DNA of 64,000 nucleotides from Candidatus Thorarchaeota archaeon (GTDB lineage: Archaea > Asgardarchaeota > Thorarchaeia > Thorarchaeales > Thorarchaeaceae): assembly GCA_029855935.1 (NCBI GenBank), contig JAGSHN010000004.1, positions 96,001 to 160,000 of the forward strand, read 5' to 3'. Under the pieces are notes generated by a model. It saw nothing but the letters and a program-made list of their open reading frames with translations, made no database searches and had not been told where the DNA came from. This document shows, piece by piece, positions 47,603 through 56,560 of the stretch. The position numbers and the translations under genes are program-made. How positions within the stretch are numbered: the first letter of the stretch is position 1; each line of letters starts with the position of its first letter.

Positions 47603-48740
47603 AATCAGATGCCTGTGACAGGAACTGCAGCGTGTGCCAATAGACGTGCTGAATACGATATCGTGAGATGCCACTGATTCTTGCGATTTTTGAGAGGAGT
47701 GCCACCCGCTTCTCACCAATCTTATTACCTTTCCATACTAGCAGAGGCAGCGAGGGTCGGGAGTACCTAGACTTTCGAAATGGGGTTTTCGTTCGGCTCT
47801 GCGTGAGGCCAGTTCCTAGAAGGTCGTAGAAATATGACAGTAATTTCCATGTCTGTCCGCGCGTAATTCGTCCGAGGACCAAATCCGCAAGGGAGAATGC
47901 CTCATATCCTACATCAAGCTCCGAGCTTGCCTGGAGATGGAGGGGACAGTTCTCCTCGACCCAAAGGAGAACCTGCTCATAATCTACATCTGTATTGGAG
48001 AGGATTCGACGCGCCACTGATGGATCGACGCTCGAGAATAGGCGAGGAAGCATCTCTGTTATAGGCCATAACGTATCACGAGGGGCCGGAGCGCTCGACA
48101 CGGATCCTAGGGTTCCGGATGCAATTGCCTCTAGGTCGGATATTGCTGCACGGAGGTCACCGCTTGCTCGCTCAGCAATACTGCTAAGAGACTCCTCAGA
48201 CAACTCTATCCGCTCAGCGCGACAGATTCGTTTCAACACTTCAATGATGTCACTGTGGCTGACTGGTGAGAAAGAGAGGAGCTTGCACTTCCTGACAACA
48301 TCCTTCATTCTGTCATCGTCGGCGCTATTGGCAGTCATGACAATTGGATACGCTGTTTCGTCAACCAGTTTTAGGATCGAGCGGAGCCCCCCACGGTCTC
48401 CTGCCCCTGATAGACCATCGACTTCATCAAGCAGGATTATCCGCATTCGCCCGTCCAGCGTTCCTTGTGTTGCAGAGCGCCGTATCAGAGTGTCAACCAC
48501 TTCTCGGTTCCGTTGGTCACTGGCGTTGAACTCCACAAGTTCGGCATCCAGAGCGTTGGCGATAGCGTGAACAGATGCGGTCTTCCCCACACCGGGAGGA
48601 CCGACAAGTAATATCGCTCTCTTCCTAGGAGGGGACGACACCCACTGTCGTAGCCAATCCTCCAATTCTTTTCGAGCGGTACCGTTACCCACCAGTTGCG
48701 CGGGGTTTCTGGGACGATACTTTTCCGTCCATGGAACCAT
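47529..48740 (-). CDS. rfcL: Replication factor C large subunit
   Basis: PWTEKYRP, GPPGVGKT, EFNASDQR, LLDEVDGL, GDLRAAISDL. Confidence 0.94.
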   Translation of the reverse strand: MVPWTEKYRPRNPAQLVGNGTARKELEDWLRQWVSSPPRKRAILLVGPPGVGKTASVHAIANALDAELVEFNASDQRNREVVDTLIRRSATQGTLDGRMRIILLDEVDGLSGAGDRGGLRSILKLVDETAYPIVMTANSADDDRMKDVVRKCKLLSFSPVSHSDIIEVLKRICRAERIELSEESLSSIAERASGDLRAAISDLEAIASGTLGSVSSAPAPRDTLWPITEMLPRLFSSVDPSVARRILSNTDVDYEQVLLWVEENCPLHLQASSELDVGYEAFSLADLVLGRITRGQTWKLLSYFYDLLGTGLTQSRTKTPFRKSRYSRPSLPLLVWKGNKIGEKRVALLSKIARISGISRYRIQHVYWHTLQFLSQASDSMAKEIRNWLGLKEDLFSLLLKRK

Positions 48741-48746
48741 CCGTCA

Positions 48747-49703
48747 TCACGCCCGGTTTCCCGCCGACTGACGAAGTGCACTCAAGAGCGCAGTGAGTTG
48801 TATCTCTCCATTGGACCCCTCTGTGATTCGGAATTCGGTGTCAGCAATACTCTGAAGTGTGTCGATAGAAACAGTATCCACCACATTTCTCAGCTCCTTG
48901 TGAATCTGTCGCACAAGGTCAAGCGGTGCCACTCCAACTTCAAGAAGAAGATGACGCATCGTATTAGTGGCTTGTTCGGTTTCGCCGCGGAGAGCGCTCC
49001 ACAGCATATTTCGAATAGTTTCGGGGCTGGCTCGACCAGAGATTGAGAAGACAATGTTGTCATCGATAGGACGCCCTGTAGCCGATGCGCCCTGTAGAAG
49101 ATTGATTGCAGCCCGCATGTCCCCCTCGGCCAAGTAGAGGATTGCATCTAGTCCGTCATTCTTTATTGGAACGCCCTCCTTCTTGGCAATGTACCTTAGG
49201 CGTTGTCCTATCACATCATCACTCAATCGGGAGAACCTGAAAATTGTGCATCGGGATTGGAGTGGAGGAATAATGCGACTTGAATAGTTACAGATGAGAA
49301 TCATTCTGCAAGATGATGCATAGGATTCCATAGTTCGACGAAGTGCGTGTTGTGCATCGGCTGTGAGATGGTCCGCTTCATCTAGGACAAGAATCTTGAA
49401 CGGCGCTCCACCAGCCGGCATGGACCTAGCAAACATCTTTACTTGATTCCGCACGACATCAATACCACGTTCGTCACTTGCATTCAATTCCATAAAGTTC
49501 TGCTCGAAAGAGGACTGAAACAGATCCCGCGCCATGGCCATTGCAGCGGTTGTCTTGCTTGTGCCAGGTGGTCCGCTGAACAAACAGTGAGGGACTCTAC
49601 GTTCCTCTACGAAACGCATTAGACTCTCAACTATCGCATCCTGCCCAACTATCTCGCTAAGAGTCTTGGGCCTGTATTTCTCTGTCCATAGGCCGTTTTC
49701 CAT
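48747..49703 (-). CDS. rfcS: Replication factor C small subunit
   Basis: WTEKYRP, GPPGTSKT, ELNASDERG, LDEAD, QSRC. Confidence 0.96.
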   Translation of the reverse strand: MENGLWTEKYRPKTLSEIVGQDAIVESLMRFVEERRVPHCLFSGPPGTSKTTAAMAMARDLFQSSFEQNFMELNASDERGIDVVRNQVKMFARSMPAGGAPFKILVLDEADHLTADAQHALRRTMESYASSCRMILICNYSSRIIPPLQSRCTIFRFSRLSDDVIGQRLRYIAKKEGVPIKNDGLDAILYLAEGDMRAAINLLQGASATGRPIDDNIVFSISGRASPETIRNMLWSALRGETEQATNTMRHLLLEVGVAPLDLVRQIHKELRNVVDTVSIDTLQSIADTEFRITEGSNGEIQLTALLSALRQSAGNRA

Positions 49704-49756
49704 TAGGCAGTCCCACCATTTATGGAACGTCTAGGTCTTCTGGGTGGAGGTTGAAC

Positions 49757-50878
49757 TTAAAGTTGGTGTGCCGAGGAGTCATTGGAGGCAGCTATGGGGG
49801 ACATGACTATTCGTTTGATGATGCCATAGTGATCGCGAATACTGTACTCGGCAACACCTGTTGCAAGCGACGTGAGCTTTTGCGTTAGGATGGGCCTTCG
49901 ACTATACTCTGCTGCGATTAGTTGATCAGCCGCGTACGCGGCTGATGCGGCGAATATGAAGGGATTGCGACCTCCTCTCTTCGAGGACGGTATTCTCCTG
50001 ATGAGACGGAGAGTCTGATCACGAAGTAGAGTTTCATATTTCGAGGGATCCCACCCACGCGAAACAGTCTTCTCATGGACTTGCGAATTCTTCATCAACA
50101 TGGACACGATACGTGGGACATAGTCCGCAGGGTCCCTGGCGGAGGGGATGCGACCAGTGAGACTCCGCAGGGTCAATAATTGACGAACGATAGCCCGAAC
50201 ACTAACACGATGACCACATCGCGCAAACACATCAGCAATTTCATCAAGAGTGATTGGAGCGTCTTCTCCGAATTCGCGCACCGCCAATAGGAGACACACT
50301 GCCACAAGTAGTATATTATTGTTGGAAACAGATGCGTGAGCCTCGGATAGTATCTTCTTGTAGAGATACGCTGCACGATCACGCACCTGCGTGCTCACCA
50401 TCAATAGTCTGGACACGCGGTTCAACGTCCGTAGTGCGCGATATTGTGTTTCGTTAGTTCCAATCCGGGCCCTGGTCCCGTATATTGTCTTAAGGCGGTG
50501 AAACCGCCGTTGATTCATACCACTAAGTGCGTGCCCACGAGCGTCTCTGAGAAAGCGAGCTCGGTGGAATCCGATGTAGCTACCCATTCCGTCTACGATA
50601 TGAAGACGATTTCCAAGCGAAACGTAGACGCTGCTGTCCGAATGGTGCGCTTCCGATTCCTTTAGCATGTGGTAAGAGGGGGAAACGTAGGCTCGCGAAA
50701 CTACGAGCCCGCATGCGGTGCACACGATGAATCCACGGCTGCTAGTCAGCAACCCACCGCACTCAGGGCATTGTTGAATTATGTCGTGTCTGATCTCTTC
50801 CTCGGTCAATGACCACACCCGAGGAAGAGGTGTGATCTTAGCTGCTAACTGAGTTTCACACACGTTCTGTCTGTTCAA
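49757..50878 (-). CDS. Divergent transcription factor B (TFIIB) family paralogue
   Basis: Zn ribbon CPECGG..CTACGLV plus two cyclin-like repeats (RDRAAYLY; GRNPFIFAASAAY..LTQK..GVAEYSIR); true start may lie downstream. Confidence 0.82.
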   Translation of the reverse strand: MNRQNVCETQLAAKITPLPRVWSLTEEEIRHDIIQQCPECGGLLTSSRGFIVCTACGLVVSRAYVSPSYHMLKESEAHHSDSSVYVSLGNRLHIVDGMGSYIGFHRARFLRDARGHALSGMNQRRFHRLKTIYGTRARIGTNETQYRALRTLNRVSRLLMVSTQVRDRAAYLYKKILSEAHASVSNNNILLVAVCLLLAVREFGEDAPITLDEIADVFARCGHRVSVRAIVRQLLTLRSLTGRIPSARDPADYVPRIVSMLMKNSQVHEKTVSRGWDPSKYETLLRDQTLRLIRRIPSSKRGGRNPFIFAASAAYAADQLIAAEYSRRPILTQKLTSLATGVAEYSIRDHYGIIKRIVMSPIAASNDSSAHQL

Positions 50879-51058
50879 CTGTGCAGAGTGTCCATCCTAT
50901 CGTATCACTCCGGCGCTAGATAGGATGGACGTTACGTGCTCTGAGGGCGAGGAGCAGAGTAGAGCGAAAGTATTCCCAGTGGATGAGGCAATGGACCTTG
51001 TAGGAGCTTATAACACACCAACCAAGGGGGAGTATGAGTCAGTACCTCAACACGGTGC

Positions 51059-51274
51059 GTGGATGTCATGAAACGAGATGAAACGTTAATCCGAAACAAG
51101 AGAGGTGGCCCTCTGGTTGAAGAGAGCCTGCTCCTTGGTCTTGCAGTTGTCACTGTTTCTATTGTCATAGCCGTAATACTGCAAGCAACGGGGTGGGCAC
51201 AAGAGGTCATCAATAATTTAATCGGAGTCCTTCAGAGTAGCTGGGACGGTCTGACACAGCTATTCACGCCCTAG
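51059..51274 (+). CDS. Flp-like / class III signal peptide prepilin
   Basis: RNKRG^GPLVEE followed by a hydrophobic stretch; Glu at +5; about 55 aa mature. Confidence 0.65.
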   Translation: MDVMKRDETLIRNKRGGPLVEESLLLGLAVVTVSIVIAVILQATGWAQEVINNLIGVLQSSWDGLTQLFTP

Positions 51275-51398
51275 TCTCGACCTTCACATATCTCCCTTGC
51301 CTGAAACCTTTATTCCCACTGCTCAGGAATCAAGGATCAAGGGAAACCCTTATCTGGCCTTATAGAGGGGCCTAGGTCGCTCCGGGCTGGTGTCGACG

Positions 51399-51510
51399 GC
51401 CCCGGTAGAGTCTTCACGAATACACATCGTGAGGCCACCGAGTGTAGTCCGGCCCAGCATAGGGGACTCTCGATCCCCTGACCCGGGTTCAAATCCCGGC
51501 CGGGGCACCA
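51399..51510 (+). tRNA. tRNA-Glu(CUC) with non-canonical 10/11 intron (51409-51442, 34 nt)
   Basis: GCCCCGG/CCGGGGC acceptor; GGGGA-CTCTCGA-TCCCC; BHB CGGT-AG^A..hairpin..ACCG-AG^T; CCA encoded. Confidence 0.9.
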
Positions 51511-51658
51511 TCGTTCTCTTATTCTGAGTTTAACCATGAAGTGATTGAATCCTTTGGAGGTTCCAAGGCCAACCAAATCCGTGTGGGCCTTAAATTAAGT
51601 CTAGTTGGACTAACTGCCGGAACATCAGGAACAGGTTTAGACTTGTGGTGATACATCA

Positions 51659-54322
51659 GTGACAGCTGCCTCAGGAGTTCGGTTGGGTGCCGTAGGAGTC
51701 CTTGCAGTTCTTGCAGTGGCCGTCTGCGCTGCCGCATTCAGCTTCGAATTCTACTATTTTGAAACCGATAAGCAGGTCTACGAGGTTGGCGAAACTGTAC
51801 ATATGACTGCAAAGATGACAGCTGACTTTGACGACGGTGGTTGGTGTTACGTTTCGTTTTCGGTGGTGTTGAACGAAACAAGTGTGCACCAAGACGGATT
51901 CTATCTCCGCCCCTCGCCTCTTCCCCAGTATCCGTCGTCCACCTTCCTAATCACCCCGGAAAGCGTTCATCCAGGCGAGAATGGGCTGTCGGGATTTGCG
52001 ATCTTTGACTACGACTTCTACGACCCCAGATACTCGGAGGCATCTTCCGTATCCATAGAAATCAACGTGACGAGAGGTCATCTGGAGGCTGTGCCCTTAG
52101 AGCCTCTCGAGGCCAAGACAGGTGCCAACGTCAGCTTCTCGTTTCGGGTGACGAGCATTCACACCGAGCAGGTGGTCATGAAGGATGAAGCTGTTTACAT
52201 GAGTATAGCCAATGGTTCTGACACTCTTCTAGAATCGCAGGTGCAGTCAGACAGTGAGGGTGTGGCCACGTTTCCAATCTCGACAACCGGATTCTTGCCC
52301 GGACAGTATGATCTGACAATAGCGACAAATGGAACGAGTGCGTTTCTTCCGCTAGAGCAGAGATTCGTTCTGAATATCACCCCACAGCATTCGCGCATTG
52401 ACACCACGTACTCACCGTCGTGGGCGTACTGTAGGAGCCCAACTGGAGAATACCAAAACGTGACGGTCAGAGTCAAACACTCGGACGACACAGGAAACCC
52501 GATAACGAAGAGCAATGTGACGTGGTCGCTCGGCAACTATACGGGCGTTCTCTTTGAGTCGCCGATAGGGGAGTACTCTGCACAAATACCTGTTCTTCTG
52601 TCTCCGGGTGACTACCAAATTACGATACAGGCAACGAACCCATTGTTCGAAACTGTGTCAGAGAACCTTTCACTTCGAGTCGACGCCAGACCACTCGCCT
52701 CTAACTGGATTGTGCGGAACAAAACCCCCGTAGCAGGCGAAATCATGTCATTTGCGGTCTGTGTGGCTGACAACCTATCCGGAAAAGGAGTCGGCTCAGC
52801 GTTGGTTTCATTTAGCATTCATGACCTCGCGGGGCAGACAGTATTCTGCAATGGGACTACCAATTCTACTGGGTGGATGGTTGGTTCAATCGTGCTTCCA
52901 AGTGACACGTGGGGAAGAGTAGCGGCATTGCTTGTCATCGAGCCTACAGAGTACTTCCGCTCTATTCAGAAAAACGTGACGCTCGACATATGGTATCGCC
53001 CCAGTCTTGTGACAAACCATTCGCTCAGAGCAGTCGTCGGGTATGATACCAACTTCTCCTGCCTTGTTGCAGATCCTCTTGGCAGGCCAATCAGTGGGGT
53101 GTCCATCACGGTCTATAATGCGAGCATGGTGGCGGTTGGTTCGGGAACGACTAACGAACAGGGGATAGCAAAGCTGAGCTTTTTCGTTCCACACCCGCTC
53201 AGCACCAGTATCAAGATGAGCGTAGGTATTGGCTATGTGGATAGTCTCTGGATAGCTCCCACGAAAGAGAACATCTCAGTCGATGTGCTAACTCCAGTCA
53301 ACATCTTGATTCAAAACGCGTGTGCTGGGGTACGCGGAGAAAATGCAACGATACGATTTCATATCGACTCGGAGTGGTTGAACAAAGGGGTGGTTTCGTT
53401 GCTAGTCACCGGACCAAGCACAAATCAGTCAGTATCTCTCTTTGCAACACTAGGCACGAACGTTTCTATCGACATTCCAATCAACAGCTCTCTCCCCGTC
53501 GGAGTTCATCCACTCAGAATTACCACGACAAACGCAACACTTGAGGTCCTTGGCAATAACGTCGTTCCACTCGTCGTGAGAGGATTGTTGACCGTGACTC
53601 CCACCGCAACTCTATCATTCTTCGGCGAGCCTCTGATACTCGATGTCCAAGTTGTGGATGACCTTGGCACACCGCTCGCAATGGCCAACTTGAGTATCCT
53701 TCTTGATGAGCAGGAAACAGTACCATGGTGGACCAGCGAAGTTTCGCTCCTTGCCCCCATAGAGGGGCCAATACTAAACACTACACCGGGCCTTCATACG
53801 ATGATCCTCGTGGTCAATGTGACAAACTACTCCACGGTGAATGTATCTCTAAGTCTGTTCGTATGGATACGGGTCAACATGGTGTTCGATGTTTCGCGGA
53901 TGGCGGCTAGTAGTACAGGACAGACACAAACTGCTCACTCAAGTTCTTCAATTCTGTCAAGTATCTCACCGGGTTCGATAAGCCGACCCCCACCAACCTT
54001 GGTCAACGTTGCAACCTCAACAACGCCTCTCACGGCGTGCTCTACAGCCCATACGAGCTGTCCCAGGCTCAGTTCCGGCACCAAGATCCTATCAACCGAT
54101 TTGGCAAATGACAGCAAGGCCTCATCAGGAAATGGCCACAAAGTTCGCAGTCTGAATGACCTCACGGTACTGGGGGACATCTGGACCACCTCTTCGACGC
54201 TTCTAGCGGTGCTACCAAAGGAAACAATGCCCCACTGTGCTCTCTTGGGGCCCGTGACAACTGGCCCGGGAAACAGATGTTTGTGCAATGACACCTTTTC
54301 GTCCAGACGTCGCACCAGATAA
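51659..54322 (+). CDS. Large secreted Ig-like repeat (glyco)protein; C-terminal ~129 codons overlap the OFOR alpha gene antisense
   Basis: Signal peptide, TDKQVYEVGETV (MG2/Ig-like start), repeated D..G.P and G.T...G motifs, many sequons. Confidence 0.75.
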   Translation: MTAASGVRLGAVGVLAVLAVAVCAAAFSFEFYYFETDKQVYEVGETVHMTAKMTADFDDGGWCYVSFSVVLNETSVHQDGFYLRPSPLPQYPSSTFLITPESVHPGENGLSGFAIFDYDFYDPRYSEASSVSIEINVTRGHLEAVPLEPLEAKTGANVSFSFRVTSIHTEQVVMKDEAVYMSIANGSDTLLESQVQSDSEGVATFPISTTGFLPGQYDLTIATNGTSAFLPLEQRFVLNITPQHSRIDTTYSPSWAYCRSPTGEYQNVTVRVKHSDDTGNPITKSNVTWSLGNYTGVLFESPIGEYSAQIPVLLSPGDYQITIQATNPLFETVSENLSLRVDARPLASNWIVRNKTPVAGEIMSFAVCVADNLSGKGVGSALVSFSIHDLAGQTVFCNGTTNSTGWMVGSIVLPSDTWGRVAALLVIEPTEYFRSIQKNVTLDIWYRPSLVTNHSLRAVVGYDTNFSCLVADPLGRPISGVSITVYNASMVAVGSGTTNEQGIAKLSFFVPHPLSTSIKMSVGIGYVDSLWIAPTKENISVDVLTPVNILIQNACAGVRGENATIRFHIDSEWLNKGVVSLLVTGPSTNQSVSLFATLGTNVSIDIPINSSLPVGVHPLRITTTNATLEVLGNNVVPLVVRGLLTVTPTATLSFFGEPLILDVQVVDDLGTPLAMANLSILLDEQETVPWWTSEVSLLAPIEGPILNTTPGLHTMILVVNVTNYSTVNVSLSLFVWIRVNMVFDVSRMAASSTGQTQTAHSSSSILSSISPGSISRPPPTLVNVATSTTPLTACSTAHTSCPRLSSGTKILSTDLANDSKASSGNGHKVRSLNDLTVLGDIWTTSSTLLAVLPKETMPHCALLGPVTTGPGNRCLCNDTFSSRRRTR

Positions 54323-55068
54323 TCATGGACTGATGCGTCAGAGGTCTTCCTGAACCCCCTATCGTCATGCGTCGAGCCCGTGATCAGTAGGTTGTGTCCA
54401 TCACCAAAACGCGGCATTATTGCCCAGTCGTTATCCCAACCGTTGTACGGGGGCTCTCCCCCTCGGGCAAATCTTCGACAAACGGTGTAGTCCCTGCTGT
54501 GATCCACTACGACTCGTTCGCGAGAGTGAGCGACTATTTCATCCGACAGGAGAACAACAGGATGTCTAAGCTGCTCTGCAATCTCGAAACCTCGAATAGT
54601 CAGCTCGAATGTTTCTTGAGCAGAGTATGGCGCCAACACTATGCTCTGATGGTCACCGTGTGTTCCCCATCTAGCCTGCATGAAGTCACCTTGAGCGGCC
54701 TTTGTTGCCTGCCCAGTGCTGGGACCTGTCCTCTGAACATCGACGATAAGGCAAGGGGTTTCTGTCATTATTGCATACCCAATGTTCTCTTGCATCAGAC
54801 TAAAGCCGGGCCCTGACGTTGCGGTCATAGAGAGAGCACCGCCCCATGATGCGCCAATTACGGCTGCAACGGCGGATAGCTCGTCTTCCATCTGAATATA
54901 GGTTCCCCCTAACTTGGGCAAGCGCTGAGCCATCATCTCAGCAATTTCGGATGCGGGAGTGATGGGGTAGCCTGCGAAGAAGCGACAGCCAGCCGCAATA
55001 GCTCCTTCTGCACAGGCTTGATTTCCCTGCCAGAAGTGGACATGGGTCGATTCCTGTAATGGTGTCAT
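53935..55068 (-). CDS. 2-oxoacid:ferredoxin oxidoreductase alpha subunit
   Basis: QGNQACAEG, GYPITPASEI, QMEDE, TATSGPG, QRTGPSTG. Confidence 0.95.
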   Translation of the reverse strand: MTPLQESTHVHFWQGNQACAEGAIAAGCRFFAGYPITPASEIAEMMAQRLPKLGGTYIQMEDELSAVAAVIGASWGGALSMTATSGPGFSLMQENIGYAIMTETPCLIVDVQRTGPSTGQATKAAQGDFMQARWGTHGDHQSIVLAPYSAQETFELTIRGFEIAEQLRHPVVLLSDEIVAHSRERVVVDHSRDYTVCRRFARGGEPPYNGWDNDWAIMPRFGDGHNLLITGSTHDDRGFRKTSDASVHDYLVRRLDEKVSLHKHLFPGPVVTGPKRAQWGIVSFGSTARSVEEVVQMSPSTVRSFRLRTLWPFPDEALLSFAKSVDRILVPELSLGQLVWAVEHAVRGVVEVATLTKVGGGRLIEPGEILDRIEELE

Positions 55069-55252
55069 ACGCCGTCGTAGCTTCGGAAGGGGCCAGCTAG
55101 ATAAGCATTGGGATGGTGACCCTATTTGATGGTGTATCCTTCCACTGCAGCCTCTGACAAGGTGGAAGACTTAAAACTGAGATTCGGGCCGGGCAGTCTA
55201 TCAGTCACCCTACAGGATAGGTCCGGTGCGGTGCTGTTGGAGGTACGCCCCG

Positions 55253-56560
55253 TTGAACAAAGTTGGTATCCGGCAGGAAGAGAAGGCTTTTGAAACAAGG
55301 GCGCCCCTTATTCCTAGTCACGTCCGACAACTGCGAGAACAGTACGGGATACATTTTGTGGTGGAGCCAAGTCAGCAGCGGGCGTTTGGTGCCGAGCAGT
55401 ATGAAACCGCGGGCGCGGAGATTGGTGAACTAAAGGGATCTGACGTCGGTGTCATTCTTGGCATAAAAGAGATGCCCGTTGACTTCTTTGAGGGAGGAAA
55501 AGTATACGCGTTCTTCAGCCATACCGTCAAAGGACAAGAACATAATATGGCGATGCTGAAAAGAATCCTAGAGGTTGGTGCCACTCTTCTTGACTACGAG
55601 CGAATTGTCGATGAAACAGGGCGCAGACTGGTCTACTTTGGCAATTGGGCTGGCTTTGCAGGTATGTCGGATACGTTACGTGTGTTAGGGCAGCGTCTTG
55701 ATTACGAGGGTCTCGAGCCTAATCCTTTCAGAAACATAAAGCCGACACTAGAATGTGGGAATCTGGAGGAACTCCGCACCGAGATGAAGAAGCTTGGAGA
55801 ACGAATCTCGCAAGAGGGCATACCAGATGAGTTAAGCCCCTTCATAGTCGGGTTCGCTGGTTATGGGAATGTTTCGCGTGGCGCACAGGAGATTTTTGAC
55901 ATTCTACCTCACAAAGAGATAGATCCGAGCGAGCTCGGTCAAGCGGAGCCCTCTCCTACGACCCTCTACAAGTGCGTGTTCAAGGAGGAGCACATGGTCG
56001 AGCCGATTGAGAGGGGCCACATTTTTGACCTCCAAGAATACTATAGGTATGGAACCCTTCGATACCGAGGGGTATTCGAGAGATACATACCGTATCTGAC
56101 AGTTCTAATGAACTGTATCTACTGGTCGGACAAGTATCCGAGACTCCTGACCAAGGAGTACATTCGTGACCATTGGCAATCACCCAACCGTAGGCTGAGA
56201 GTCATAGGAGACATTTCCTGCGACATCGAGGGCGCTATAGAGATGACTGTGATGGCCACGAAGCCCGACAATCCAGCATTCACTTACATTGTTTCTGAGG
56301 ATCGGGTTCAGTTAGGAGTGGCCGGGGATGGTCCGGTAATCATAGCGGTCGATAATCTCCCTTGTGAACTTCCAAGGGAGTCATCTGCCTCATTTAGTCA
56401 GTCATTGAAACCGTTCATACCACACCTTGCGGAAACAGACTTCTCGGTGACATTCGAGAGTCTTGACCTCCCACGTGCTCTAAAGAACGCCATAGTAGTG
56501 TTCCGTGGGGAGCTGACAGAGGCATATCGCTATCTTGACAAGTATGTTTCAAGGAAGTGA
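55253..56560 (+). CDS. Lysine-2-oxoglutarate reductase / saccharopine dehydrogenase (lysine-forming) domain protein
   Basis: GIRQEEK..ETRAPL, GIKEMP, FFSHTVKGQ, DYERI, GYGNVSRGA, DISCD, VDNLPCELP; TTG 55253 with GGAGG SD. Confidence 0.9.
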   Translation: MNKVGIRQEEKAFETRAPLIPSHVRQLREQYGIHFVVEPSQQRAFGAEQYETAGAEIGELKGSDVGVILGIKEMPVDFFEGGKVYAFFSHTVKGQEHNMAMLKRILEVGATLLDYERIVDETGRRLVYFGNWAGFAGMSDTLRVLGQRLDYEGLEPNPFRNIKPTLECGNLEELRTEMKKLGERISQEGIPDELSPFIVGFAGYGNVSRGAQEIFDILPHKEIDPSELGQAEPSPTTLYKCVFKEEHMVEPIERGHIFDLQEYYRYGTLRYRGVFERYIPYLTVLMNCIYWSDKYPRLLTKEYIRDHWQSPNRRLRVIGDISCDIEGAIEMTVMATKPDNPAFTYIVSEDRVQLGVAGDGPVIIAVDNLPCELPRESSASFSQSLKPFIPHLAETDFSVTFESLDLPRALKNAIVVFRGELTEAYRYLDKYVSRK

